Part shown: positions 50,501-62,679 of the stretch, one piece after another
Numbering within the stretch: position 1 is the stretch's first letter
Layout: every line of letters begins with the position of its first letter
NCBI RefSeq assembly: GCF_902459465.1
Contig: NC_047062.1
Coordinates: 18,724,001-18,788,000 of the forward strand
Length of the DNA stretch: 64,000 bases
DNA from: Asterias rubens
Lineage: Eukaryota
Direction of reading: 5' to 3'
Notes under the pieces: generated by a model
The model's database searches: none
The model's input: the letters and a program-made list of their open reading frames with translations, nothing else
What the model was told of the DNA's origin: nothing
Program-made: the position numbers and the translations under genes

Positions 50501-53500
50501 TAACCATAATAATCAAAAAGGTTCAAAAAGTGACAGATGTGTATAAGTTTGATTTTTTTTCCAAAAATCTACAAGTAAATGTTTTTCTTAGAAACTGAAT
50601 GTTTCTTTTTGAAGACAACTCTCAATCAATGAGCTCCCTTTACCAGAATTATACAAAACCCATTTTATGAAATCAAGACAAACTGCACTAGCGATCTTAT
50701 AGTCCTAGATGTATTATTTGGAAAGACAGTAGGAGGGTTAAGGGGCGGAAGTTAATTGATCATCTTAAATCAACAATTAATCTGAGGATGTAATGAATTG
50801 TCAATGTTTGTATGTGTTTTGTATTCCAGCCGCTGTTCCAGAGAAACCTACATTTAGGGTGCATGACCACACAGGGCCTGAAGATGGTGAGATTTCTACC
50901 CATTGTTACTAAATTATACAATTTTATGAGCTAAAGACTCGGGTCAAGGATAATTTCATCCGTTTCTGAATTTGAGAAGTTTACCCAACGGTATCATTCA
51001 ATGCCAGGCAGAAACAACTAATGATTTGTCTGACAGAAGCTCCTAAGCAATCACTGTATTGTGAAAACTGAGTTCAAAAGTTTTGACTATTTGTTACATA
51101 CTTATTGTTTACTCAATTTAGGAAATTCAACTTTAACTGGCTCCACAGAAGTGTGTGGGAGGCTTGTGTCTTTCTACCAGGAACTCAGTGCTATACTTTT
51201 GGGGAAATCGTTTGTCATTTATGTGTCTCACTGGTCCTCTAGTATTTTACCAGCTGTCAATTTCACAAAGAGTTAGTACTTGTCTTATCTTGAGTTTGGA
51301 CGAGTAACTCGTCCTAACTAAGGATTAATTTGTAAGGTCTGCATGCTACAGTGCAGGGTTGGGACTCGTCCTAAGTCCTAAGATTAGTCTTAAGTTAGGA
51401 AGAGTTTTGTTAAATCGACGGCTGGTGTTTAGTCAGCAGACCACTGTTGGTAGAGAACACTGTGTGTGGTTAATGCAGGCTTTTCAGAGTCTCTTCTTAT
51501 CTATTTTCCTAGGTCCATTATCTCCAACCCTCGTAGCAAAGTTCACACCTGTAGAATTGACATTAATTGACCAACAAGAATTAGGATATATGCCACTACG
51601 AGATGACTTTGAAAGGGTGAGTACCGAGTAAGGCAAACAGCTGCTTAAAAGGACTATTTCATCAGCTTTTTTAAAAATCTTACATTTTTGTAAATTTGTT
51701 TACATACGAATTCTTGATACTTTTATTGCTGTTAAGATTCTCAGAAAATTTCAGAAACTGACATATTATAGTTTCATTCTTTACACCAATTCTTGTGATC
51801 GGCGAGCCACTAGTTGTGACTTACTTTGTTCATCAAAACAAATATAGTGCGGACATGGTGCCAAACACAGCAGAACTTAAGTCCGGTGAACTACACCGCT
51901 TAGCCACAACACTCCACAAAACACAAATATTTGAACCAAATAATTATCCAATCAGAGAAAGGAAGTTTTGATTTGAATTGAACAGACATTTTCTTGTCCT
52001 TGTGTTTTTTTCAGGAATATGACAACGAAGCGGAGACACTAGTTAGTAATTTAGCCATAACAAATGAAGACGATGACTTAGACATTGGTGAGTCAAACAT
52101 AAAGCTGTTTCCTCAAGGGGCACTTCTTTTTTTGTAGGGGGCGTTCTTTCATTTTAATCACTTAAACCTTAACCAAAGGGATGATACATCATTGGGTTTC
52201 GGAAGAGTACCATAACCCCTATTCTTTAATTTCCAGTGATTTAACATGTTATGTGTTGAATGTCTTGCTATGCAAGTTGCTGGCTGAAATCGTTCCCTGC
52301 ATCCATTTTGCTCATCCTGATCAATCAAAACCTAACCAAATATTTGCCAGTGATTCATCCCAGCCGTGACATAAGATGATAACAGAGGATGTATTCATTT
52401 CTCTTTCAGCTATAAAACTCATTCATGTAGATATTTATACGAGACGACTCAAGGAACGAGAGAGGAGGAAGAAGATCTCAAGAGAGTTCGGTCTCATCAC
52501 AGCAGCTTTGACATCGACAGCTAATAAAGCTAAAGAACAGAAGGACCAAAAAGGAACACAAGGTGAATTCTCTAACCATGGTGTCTTATGGATGCCTTAT
52601 TTTGACTGGCCCCTGGGGCTGGAATCCAGGAGTGTTGGCATGATATTCTTTCTACTTTAGTCTGATATCCGATTTTTGTTTTGCCCTTGGGGAAAAAGCA
52701 AAATAGTTTTGATTAAATATCCTGTAAAGTATGTGAAACCATACACCATTCGAACAAGAAGATCAGTCATTGTATTAAAAAATTATGTTCATACTTTTGA
52801 AGGACCAAATATCATGCCTTGTGTTGTTAATGCGAGTCAGACTCAAGTTGCTGATTTCATTGACTTGTGACTTGAATTGACTTGAAGGAAAATGAATTGA
52901 GACTTGTCTTGACTTGCACAAAAGTGACTTGAGAATTGAGAAATGACTTGAATAGATTCAATTTTCGACAATGGAATTATTGTTTAAAATAAATGTTTGA
53001 CTTGACTTTCATAAATGAGCAATGTGAAAGAGCCTGATTGTCATGGATGGAGCGAGCGTCTTGTTTACAGCCACTGTCGTCTGGAATTTGAAAGCCCTAC
53101 TTGTTCATTCATTTGCATCACTTTAAAAGTATTTATAATGTACAATTTTGAGGCCCAATGTCTTTGAAGTTACTGCAAATTTTGATACATTATTTCCCAC
53201 TGCAAAATCTACCTTAAACCCTGCCTTAGAGATGTTAACATTACGATGTGTTGTGCATTATGTTAGTTTGATAAAAACAAAATTGATGAAGGTTGGTTTG
53301 AGGAGAGTGTGGTGAGTAGAGAAGGGTCCTTATTACTCCTTAAACTCCAGAGGAAAAATACTTGCATCGAATGTTGAACATATAGATTAATTTGAACTAT
53401 TTATTTTTGGGCATATTTAATCAAGAGAAGACGCAACTATACTTTCAGGGATCCAAACTTCTTTTCTTAAATTCAAAAACACAATTTGTTGTTGAAAACT

Positions 53501-56500
53501 TGTGTAATTTTTAATTTGTAGTCATCTTATTTGCTTTCTTGTGCAGTGCAACCCCAGAAAAGGAAACCAAGCAAAGAAGAGACGGAGTTGAGAGAGAAGA
53601 TGAAAGTTCTGGCTCAGTTCCAATCGGGCAAAGAACAGGACGAGTTTTTCGAGAACCTCCAGAGTAAGTACTGAAAATTAGAAATATAGGCCTATCTCTC
53701 ACATTATAGGATTGTTTACCCAATTTCATAAAGCTGTTGAGCAGAAAATTACTTGGCTTAGCAGAAATTGAGTGGGGCACCAGCCACAACAATGCAAACT
53801 TAATGTAATTTTGGCTGGTAACCTGTTTCTGCTAAGCAATTACAATACTATTCTGTGCTTACTTAGCAAATTGTGGTGCTGCCAATATGGATGAAAGTGG
53901 GCCCTGGTCGTGACACTTGTGTCCTTAAGCAAGACACCTAATCATTTTATTGCTTCATTCTTTGAATTGGACATAGAGTTGCAGTTCCAGTGTATTGTGT
54001 AATGCACGCAAAATAACACAGTTCTTATTGCAAAGAGAATAATGTATTCATTAAAAGATGGTCTGGCTTCTCATTAAATGGAATATTCCTCATTCCAAAC
54101 TCACAAAATTATTCTTGGATTTGCTTATATATTTTCATATAAATATGAATATTATTTGTATATTGTTGTTTCTGAAGAAATTAAAATTCTTAGCAATCAA
54201 TAATGTTCCATTCCATTATTGTACTTTTTTCAGAGGAAAAAGACATCAGAGCAAGAATAAAAGAACTCATCAAGTACAGAAGAAATGGAATAACGAAAAT
54301 AGAAGGTGTGTATAAAGCAAGTAGCAATGAGCACAGTAATGATGAACACTGTGGAGTATTTCTATTTGAAATTAATTTATGGGATATTCCTTAGAAGTCC
54401 GGAAAGTGAGTACAGAAATATCAGAGTGTTACCAAGGAACGGTCATATGTGTTACTCTACAAATCATTGAGATTATAACCCTAGGGTCAATTTCACAAAG
54501 ATGGTCCTAGGAGTTATAACAAATGAGGCTAGTTCTAAGTTTGGATGAGTAATCTAACTCGAGATAAGGCTAGTCTTCAAGGCAGTGGACACTATTGGTA
54601 ATTGTCAAAGACTAGCCTTCACAGTTGGTGTATCTCAACATATGCATAAAATAAAAACCTGTGAAAATTTGAGCTCAATCGGTCATCAAAGTTGCGAGAT
54701 AATAATGAAAGAAGAAAACACCCTTGTCACACGAAGTTGTGTGCGTTTAGATGGTTGATTTTGAGACCTCAAGTTCTAAACTTGAGGTCTCGAAATCAAA
54801 TTCGTAGAAAATTACGTCTTTCTCTAAAACTATGGCACTTCAGAGGGAGCTGTTTCTCACAATGTTTTATACCATCAACCTCTCCCCATTACTTGTCAAC
54901 AAGAAAGGTTTTATGCTAATAATTATTTTGAGTAATTACCAATAGTATCCACTGCCTTTAAGTTTTGTGAAGTCCACCCTTGCATTTATAGGTCTATATT
55001 TGATAATCCCCAAATTGTTACCTTGGAATTATTATGAGCAATCCCACAGTTGCTTTATCTATATTGATCATAGGTATCAATCGTCTATGTTACCCAGTGA
55101 TTTTCAGGATTTGATTTGACGAGGTTTATTGTCCTTAAAGGGCAAATTGAACAAAATCACTCAAACTAATTTGACTTTTTGTCTTTAAATATTTTGTTTT
55201 TTATTTTTGTCATAAGTGTGAATTTTTTCCTCCCGGTAATTTTGTTGAAATCTGATCAGGAAAACTAGCCTCCCCCTCTTTGGTTTTGTCTAGTGTTTTT
55301 TCTTTCTGTTGCCCTGCATACTTTCCAGCAAAAACCCATAAATATGAAAAGTGAAAATTTGTTCATTAGACCAATGCAGCATCTTGCCAGCAAAGACTTG
55401 CACTGGAATGCTGAACTGGTTTAAAACGTAGTTATTAACCTTGTGTGTATTATATTCCTGTCCCGCTTATTGAAGAAGTCACAGAATATGAAGAAGCCAA
55501 GGGTAAACGAGACAGACGGAAGGAAGGAAAGAAGAAAATTGTGAGAAAAAGTGGAGTTGTGTCTTCCAAGAAGACTGAGTAAGTAGGAATGAACGAGTCT
55601 TGAAGATTGTTTTCCCTTTTTGGTCAATCATAAGTGCCTATTGGAATGACAACTCTACATAAAATATTTCTCCGCACAACTTTTTGGAGGCAAAGCAGCA
55701 TAAAAGGTATTGACTTTTTGTACTGACCTCACTCAAGGACTACTGTCTGCCCATGGTCTGCCTTTTTGGAAGTCAAATTGCTTGTCCGTGTGTCGTCTGA
55801 AATGCGCACTGCACAGAAACACATTGAGAATCCGCTTGGCATAGAGGCCCCTGCATTATGCACTCTGTTATATGTATTCATGATATTGTGGGTTTTTGTA
55901 TTTATTTGATTAGGATTCTTTTCTCTTTTTAAGATTGGATTAATTCATGGCTTTCGAGTCACAGTGGTTTTGTTCACTTTGGTTAAATCTGACAATTTTA
56001 GAGTTTTTTTTTTTCTTATCATCTGATTCCAATAGTTCTTGCCTTTCTGTTACTACATCATTAGTAACGGAACAATAATAAATATCTCTATTAAATTGTT
56101 ACATGTTAGTTGAGATCTTGGAATATATCTTAATAATGAGAACAATGTTAATAGTATTAACCACCTTAAAAAAAACCTTATTAACACCTAATTATTTCAC
56201 TGGAAAAGAAACCCTTTCTTTTTTACACATTTATTTCCAGACCCAAGGAGGAACCTAAGAAAGATGATCGAGGTAAGCGGAGTGTTTTAAATTTTAGAGT
56301 TCTCAATGCAGTTTGCCAAGAAGTAACTTTAAATGAAAAAAAAGTACAACTGCGTGTACAACCATGTATGAAATCTCATTTGTGGGAGTGTTGGCTCTGA
56401 AAAGACGTTGCGAAAATTATTCTCTACTTCAGGAGAAACAGAGTATACTCTTGTTTTTGCTCCTTGTTATTGCGTTTGTTTGTTTGGTCAAGTAAATAAT

Positions 56501-58926
56501 AATAATACTGTTCACAAAGATGAGACAACACCGGCTCTTTTCAGAGCAAATACACCCACAAAGATATTTAAAACATGGTTGTACACGAAAGTTTACTATC
56601 TAATCAGTTTACAGTTACTTCTTATTGTTCACACCATGCAAAGATTCTAACACCACCATAGAGTTATATATAAGAACTAGAGGGCGCACTGGTGATGCTT
56701 CTTTCACAAACGCGATGGGACCGCAAGGAGACACGCGCGCGCCATTCCGTGCGCGCGTTGAATATGAAACACACGTTGGAGTTTGTGTTTATTGAACGCT
56801 ACGCGATGCTGTTTTGTCAACTTACAAAATGGCCGCACAAACACACGCTGTGCGATGCCTGTTTTGTCAATTTAGAAAATGGCCGCCTGCGGGCATGCCG
56901 GGTCGTTTATATAGGCCAGTGCGCCCTCTAGTTCTTATATATAACTCTATGAACACAACATAGTTTGCCAGTGTTTACCCCCACGATCCAGAGTTTTGTT
57001 TGAATAGCTGTGTCAAATGCAATGAATTAGATTGCTGATTGAAGTCGTTTGTGAATTTTGTTTTCATTATTACAGAAATAGTTGAGGATGAATTTCAAGC
57101 AATAAAATCATCTCCTGGTTTTAACTTTCTGTCAGACAGAGAGAAAAGGGTAAGTGAGAGATTTTTACATTGCCTTGATTGTGTTTTTATTATTGTTGAT
57201 ACAATAGAATGAGCAGTTGCAAACTGCTAACCAACCAAAAGGACCTATTAAAGGTACAAATGCAAAACAATGGCCTGACGCTTCAACCCTAGCAGAGTCT
57301 TTAGAAACACTCTGCTAGTGTTCAAACGTCAGGCCTTTAATACAGGCCTGGAGTTTCTTATTTGAGAGGGCAAGGCCATTTTCATTTTGCAAAGGGCACT
57401 TCCATTGACAAGTCTATGGGAAACTTTTGAAGGGGCACCAAGGCCAATACATGGGTAAACAGAAGTTGTAGGCTCTGCTTAATTCCAGGCCTGTTTTTGT
57501 TTAGCACTTTGACAACCAAGAACGTGTGTAAATTTAAGAAGCCATGTTAGCTGGTGGACTACTACTTGAAGGCCATCTTGGCTAGCGGTCTCTATTTGTA
57601 GGCCATTTTGGCTGCTAGTCTTTTTCTTATAGGTCATATTCGCTAGTGGTTTCTTGTAGGAATGCATTAAAAACTTAGTCTACCGCCATTTTTGCATGTT
57701 TGCCAGAAAACAGATTCTTACTACACCTAAAGGGGGCCAGCCTATGTTTCCTTCCAGCCTTATTTCAGCTAACATTGGTTTTGAATAATATGAATGACTT
57801 AACAGTATTTTATCAGCCAGAACAAAATAACAAGAAATATACAAGACTGATTGTTGAATTCTATGTGCTTTATCATTTACAGCTTTGCAACTCCATGAAA
57901 ATGAAACCAGCTCGATATATTACTCTCAAAACAGTCATAATCAGGGTGAGTTGAAGATAGTCAGGGCCAAGAGATTTGTATTCTTTATTCCATTTGCCTA
58001 TAATATCACAGTAAAATTAAAACAAGCATTCATTGTCAGTAATATTATCAGTTTTTTATATCAAAAAAAAATAAATAATAACAATTTGTTTGTTTTATTG
58101 GAGCTTTTCAAGTTCTATGTCCTAAGGTTTTGTGATTCCAGTGTGACTTGAATCCCCATCACTGCTGCTTAGTTGCAAAAAGTATATACAGATGCATGCA
58201 ATTCGATCATACAGATGAGCGCCGAATCATTTTCCATAGCTGTAGTGGCCATCATACAGGTTTTATGGAAGATTGTTATTTTGTTTTAGCAAAACCAATG
58301 GACCGATTGCCCTACCAATGTTTACATGTGATCACGTGACCTATAGTGGGTATAGAAAGACACAGCTACGCAGTAAAGCCATGAGAAGACTCGTACCGAT
58401 GGACCATAATTGGCTGTATTTTCAATAAATAACACTTACAACTAAAAACGGAGCCCTTTTTATAAAGTTGAATATTGTGACATTGATTTAAATCACATTT
58501 GCTGTTTGGTGTTCCCAGTATTCTACTTCAAAAGAGGTTTCTTTTTGAGATTATGGTTAGACTACGTAGATTACTGAGGTTTGAGCGAGCTTACATGCCG
58601 TGGATTTTGCGTTGTGCACGGCGTGGAGTTGGGTTGATAAGAAGGAGATCACGAAGTTGTCCTGCTCATAGCTGACAGCTACCCCTTCTAATCATATAAA
58701 GCATTTAAAGAAGTTTCCACCCATGATATCTCTAGTTTGTAATAAGTCTGTGAATACTCTTGAAAGTGAATCGACGTTCTCTCACGATCTCTCTCTGTTT
58801 CAGGACCACCTCATGAGGCGCCAAGGTCTTCCGTGTAAGACCCGCTACCCAAGCAACCTCGACAAGTCCCATCGTAAAAGAATCACCAACTATCTTACCA
58901 AGAGCGGATGGATCAAGGTTAGCTGA
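47541..58926 (+). CDS. TADA2B: Transcriptional adapter 2-beta (SAGA), 440 aa; exons 47541-47547, 47646-47743, 48987-49046, 49408-49502, 50271-50362, 50830-50886, 51513-51616, 52015-52087, 52410-52562, 53547-53663, 54234-54305, 55476-55578, 56241-56272, 57076-57149, 57883-57945, 58804-58926
   Basis: ZZ finger (YCNYC...RCCECTDFDLCLQCFSAGAE), SANT (LLLDAIETFGFGNWADVA), GPLSP...QQELGYMPLRDDFEREYDNEAE, SWIRM C-terminus (DHLMRRQG...SGWI). The B-type motifs distinguish it from TADA2A; all junctions in phase. Confidence 0.95.
48172..48197. mobile_element. 12-bp CATGGAGGAATG insert between 7-bp direct repeats; putative trimmed P-type excision footprint
   Basis: CATCAAC|CATGGAGGAATG|CATCAAC in TADA2B intron 2. 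Confidence 0.55.
48330..48533 (+). mobile_element. 5'-truncated family A MITE
   Basis: Only the right ~200 bp with its terminus is present. Confidence 0.75.
49569..49954 (-). mobile_element. Kolobok-like MITE, family A
   Basis: TTAA flanks, intact TIRs, TADA2B intron 4. Confidence 0.85.
54577..54961 (-). mobile_element. Family A MITE nested inside a family B MITE
   Basis: Host halves GGGTCAATTTCACAAAG...GCTAGTCT and GTTTTGTGAAGTCCACCC flank it; TCAA/TTAA TSD. Confidence 0.8.
56657..56951. mobile_element. Young 295-bp MITE, perfect 36-bp TIR, 8-bp TSD; P- or hAT-superfamily
   Basis: CATAGAGTTATATATAAGAACTAGAGGGCGCACTGG and its exact reverse complement; flanks AACACCAC/AACACAAC. Confidence 0.9.
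57272..57335. repeat. 64-bp hairpin (27-bp arms, 3 mismatches)
   Basis: GGCCTGACGCTTCAACCCTAGCAGAGT vs ACTCTGCTAGTGTTCAAACGTCAGGCC. Confidence 0.8.
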
Positions 58927-59529
58927 GAGAGGCCCTTTTTTTACCTTTTTTGTATTTAATTGTTTTATGGTTATAGAGTATCTGTATTTCAAGGCTGTTG
59001 AATCCCTGACATTTTGGACAGGTCTAACTTTGTTTAAAAGAAATCCTGGTTTAAGGCCATTTTGTAAAAAACATAAGAAAAAGTTTTATTTATTAGACCC
59101 TGTCTTGTACATATTTAAAAAAGAAAACGTTCAATTTGTAAGATTGAGAGAGCAATGTTTAACGTATCAACTCAAAAATGGATGACGTAATTTTCAAGAC
59201 ACTTTGTGGTTATGGGCTCCGTCAAAGCACTGGACACCTTTGGTAATTGTCATGACCAGTCTTCTTTATGAAAGCGTGGTCTTTCCTTACAAAGCCCAAG
59301 CCATGATTTTAAAAACAGCCATAAACAGCAATACACCATTTTTACGCTGCGTCTTCTGTTGCAAGGTTTCTATGTGCAGACTTGGTTTTTGCTTCATGAA
59401 GATATTGGTGGCAGCACAAAGTGTGAACTGTTATCACACTCATCATTCAAAAAGGTGTCAAATCACCTTTCCTTTTATCCTTGGTTTAGTTTCTGTGAAT
59501 AAGCCATTTGCGGGTTAGATATAAATAAG

Positions 59530-59831
59530 GTCTGGTACAATGACTTGCTTAGTCACAACGTACCGCTTACATTTTAATTCCTCAGACTATAGAGACAGTT
59601 GCTATGTCAAATGGTTCGGGTCAAGCTTTTGTATAGCAACCTCCAGGATGAGCAAACCCTGGTACCATTGTGTCATACACATCCATTCAGAATTGTGTAT
59701 GGGTGTTCACCGTCTCTTACGTAACTAAGCAAAAGCTTGGCCCTTATCATGTGACATAGCAACTGTCTCGATAGTCTGAGGAGTTCAAATTGAAGTGGTA
59801 ACTTGTGATCAAGCACATCATTGTACCAGAC
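59530..59831. repeat. ~300-bp imperfect palindrome (100-bp arms, ~83% identity, no indels), probably a long-TIR MITE
   Basis: 59531-59630 pairs with 59731-59830; ends GTCTGGTACAATG/CATTGTACCAGAC. Confidence 0.85.
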
Positions 59832-60155
59832 AAAGTTCAAATCTAACACACAAATGGCTTATTGAAAAAAAGTTGGCTGCACCATGGTGAAAGTGTATTG
59901 TGTTTATTCTTGTACAGCAATATTTGACAAGTTAATTGTGATGGTTCAAAAAATAACATGGTACTTTGATAGTTGAAACAACTACTGTTGGATATAAATG
60001 TATATAATATTCTGAATTCCAACAGGGTGCCTAAAGACTTGGCATACTTGGCATCCGATTTTTGATATTTGTTTGCATAAAATAAGAAACCATACCGCCT
60101 CATTTGTTACACTTGAACTGAGTCAAGCCCATTCAACAAATTTTCCAGGGTTTCA

Positions 60156-60171
60156 ACACTAGAGGGCGCTG
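60156..60171 (+). promoter_or_regulatory. CTCF-like motif ACACTAGAGGGCGCTG
   Basis: Close to the CCACYAGRGGGCGCTR consensus; binding untested. Confidence 0.35.
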
Positions 60172-61954
60172 TGTGGGATGTTGTGCCTGGAAAGTGGATT
60201 ATAAAAAAATCAAAATACCAGGGTTTAGGATAGAATGGGTAGGAGGAAACATGTTGAAATCAGGGAAAGGACCTGAACCAAAACAAAACTATTCAATTGT
60301 AAACCACATCAATACAAGTAAACAGCATTTTACAGTGGAAAACGACGTTATCCATGTATGAAAAAAAGAGTCATTAAGTTGTTTGAAAAACAATCTCTTT
60401 TCTTTTAGAAATCTGATGTAATTTCTCCTGATTAAGTACTTCAGCATTCTTGCCTCGTACAATCACTGCTCCCCTCTGTACACAACTTTTTTTACTTCCT
60501 GTGCCACCCCCTCCTTATTTTTATACTTTCATATAGAAAAAAAACTACCATGCCAAATATACTGATGTAAAACAAAACTCCATTCCAAATACGTCCAATA
60601 GTTCTCATCATCATCTTCAATAGAATCTTAACTTTTTGTACTCAAAGTGAATATTAATGACAAGCAAATCTTCATTCAACTTGAACAGGGCTCGACACTT
60701 TCTTAACGCTTTTGTATGAGTCTCCGTCGCTTATGTCAGAGCAGTTCTGCATACTAGTTTTTAAACTAGGTTTAATTCAAATCCACTTAAAAAAGAAAAG
60801 AGAAAATAACTGTGTTGTACAACTCAGTTCCCTTTTTATAATATTTTGTGTGTAAATTCTACAATTTCAATTGTCAAATGCCCCCCCCCCTCTGAAATGT
60901 CAGACTCCAACTCCATACTCCAGTCAACTCCATTTTTTTTTACATTCACACAAGAGTGGTCATAATGACCAGTTGTTCGCGTGACCAAATCCCACATCAG
61001 GAAGTATTCTTAAATCAAATTGTTTACCCATCAGGAAATGGATCCAGGTTAACTCTCATGATTAATGTAGGCTCATCATTATTACAGGATAATTACAATC
61101 CCATGTAAACATGGAAGTCTGGCTGGACCATTTTTTATACAAAATTGATGTTGTTTTAAAAAGCACCTGATAATCATGTGAAAGTAAATGTTGCTTTTGT
61201 GAGTACTGTTGATAATATTTGATTAGTGTTCCCCGCTGTGTATTGCCTTGAGCGATCAAACCGTGAAGTCCACTAAATTGCTTTTCAGTTTAATAAGACG
61301 TATTTAACTGGACAAAAATTCTACATGTCTGGTGAGAGTTGGTCAGTTGGTCTTCATACATGAATGGCAATGATGAAAAAACAACTGTGAAAGCAATTTG
61401 TAAATGTAATATGGAAGCCCACAGCCCATGCATAAATTTTACATCTGTACCAATTCTTCTGAAAATTATTTTCCTCTGAAATACTATGGTATTAAATCTC
61501 ACCTCTTGTTTTTAATTTTCAAATCAAAGTCAACACATCTGAATACTGAATCACTCTTTGTTGTTTTCCTGCAAAACGTGACTTAGTTTACAAATATTTT
61601 CTTTGATGTTGTGTTCATTGAAACAACATACAGGAACAGAAAAAATTATTCAAAATACCAATGATGTTACCATACCTTTAAATCATAGTCACTCTTATCA
61701 ATAACCATTGCCAAAGAAACTTAAATACATCATTGTATTCTAGAAATCTAAACATATTTAGCTCAAGTTTTGTCTTGTGAATAGTCAAATATTTCAGCAT
61801 TAACTAGGTGTCCCATGGCATGATGTGCAATATGAAATACAGGCATCCTTAGTTCAAAGGTACAGCATTGTTGTTGGATGCATTGATACTCCTATTAATA
61901 AGTCAATGTATCTTGCCTGTATGCATTGATTCCTAACGCTCTCAAACTCTTGGC

Positions 61955-62299
61955 TTAAAGCCATTGGACCCTTTCGGTACAGATTTACAAATAATTTACA
62001 GGGTTTACAGAAGGTAATGGTGAAAGACTTCTCTTGAAATATTAGTTCATGAAATGCTTTACTTTTTGAGAAAACAGTAAAACAATATAAATTCTCGTTA
62101 GCGAGAATTACAGATTTATTTTAAACACATGTCATGACACGGCGAAATGCGCGGGAAAAAAGAGTGGGTTTTCCCGCTATTTTCTCCCGACTCCGATGAC
62201 CGATTGAGCCTAAATTTTCACAGTTTTCTTGTTTTATTGTGATACACGAAGTGTGGGACTTGGACAATACTGTTTACCAAAAGTGTATAATGGCTTTAA
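61955..62299. mobile_element. Second TTAA-targeting (Kolobok-like) MITE subfamily
   Basis: TTAA-AGCCATTGGACCCTTTCGGTA...TACCAAAAGTGTATAATGGCT-TTAA; shares the internal GACCGATTGAGC.TAAATTTTCACAG motif with family A. Confidence 0.75.
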
Positions 62300-62679
62300 A
62301 GGCCGTGGACACTATTGGTAATTACTCAAAATAGTTATCTGCATAAAACCTTTCTTGTTGACAAGTAATGGGGAGAGGTTGATGGTATAAAACATTGTGA
62401 GAAACAGCTCCCTCTGAAGTGCCATAGTTTTAGAGAAAGACGTAATTTTCTACGAATTTGATTTCGAGACCTCATGTTTAGAACTTGAGGTCTCAAAATC
62501 AACCATCTAAACGCACACAACTTCGTGTTATAAGGGTGTTTTCTTTCATTATTATCTCGCAACTTTGATGACCGATTGAGCTCAAATTTTTACAGGTTTG
62601 TTATTTTATGCACATGTTGAGATACAGTAAGTGAGAAGACTGGTCTTTGACAATTGCCAATAGTGTCCATTGTCGTTAA
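62296..62679 (+). mobile_element. Kolobok-like MITE, family A, sharing its left TTAA with the preceding element
   Basis: TTAA 62296-62299 and 62676-62679. Confidence 0.85.
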
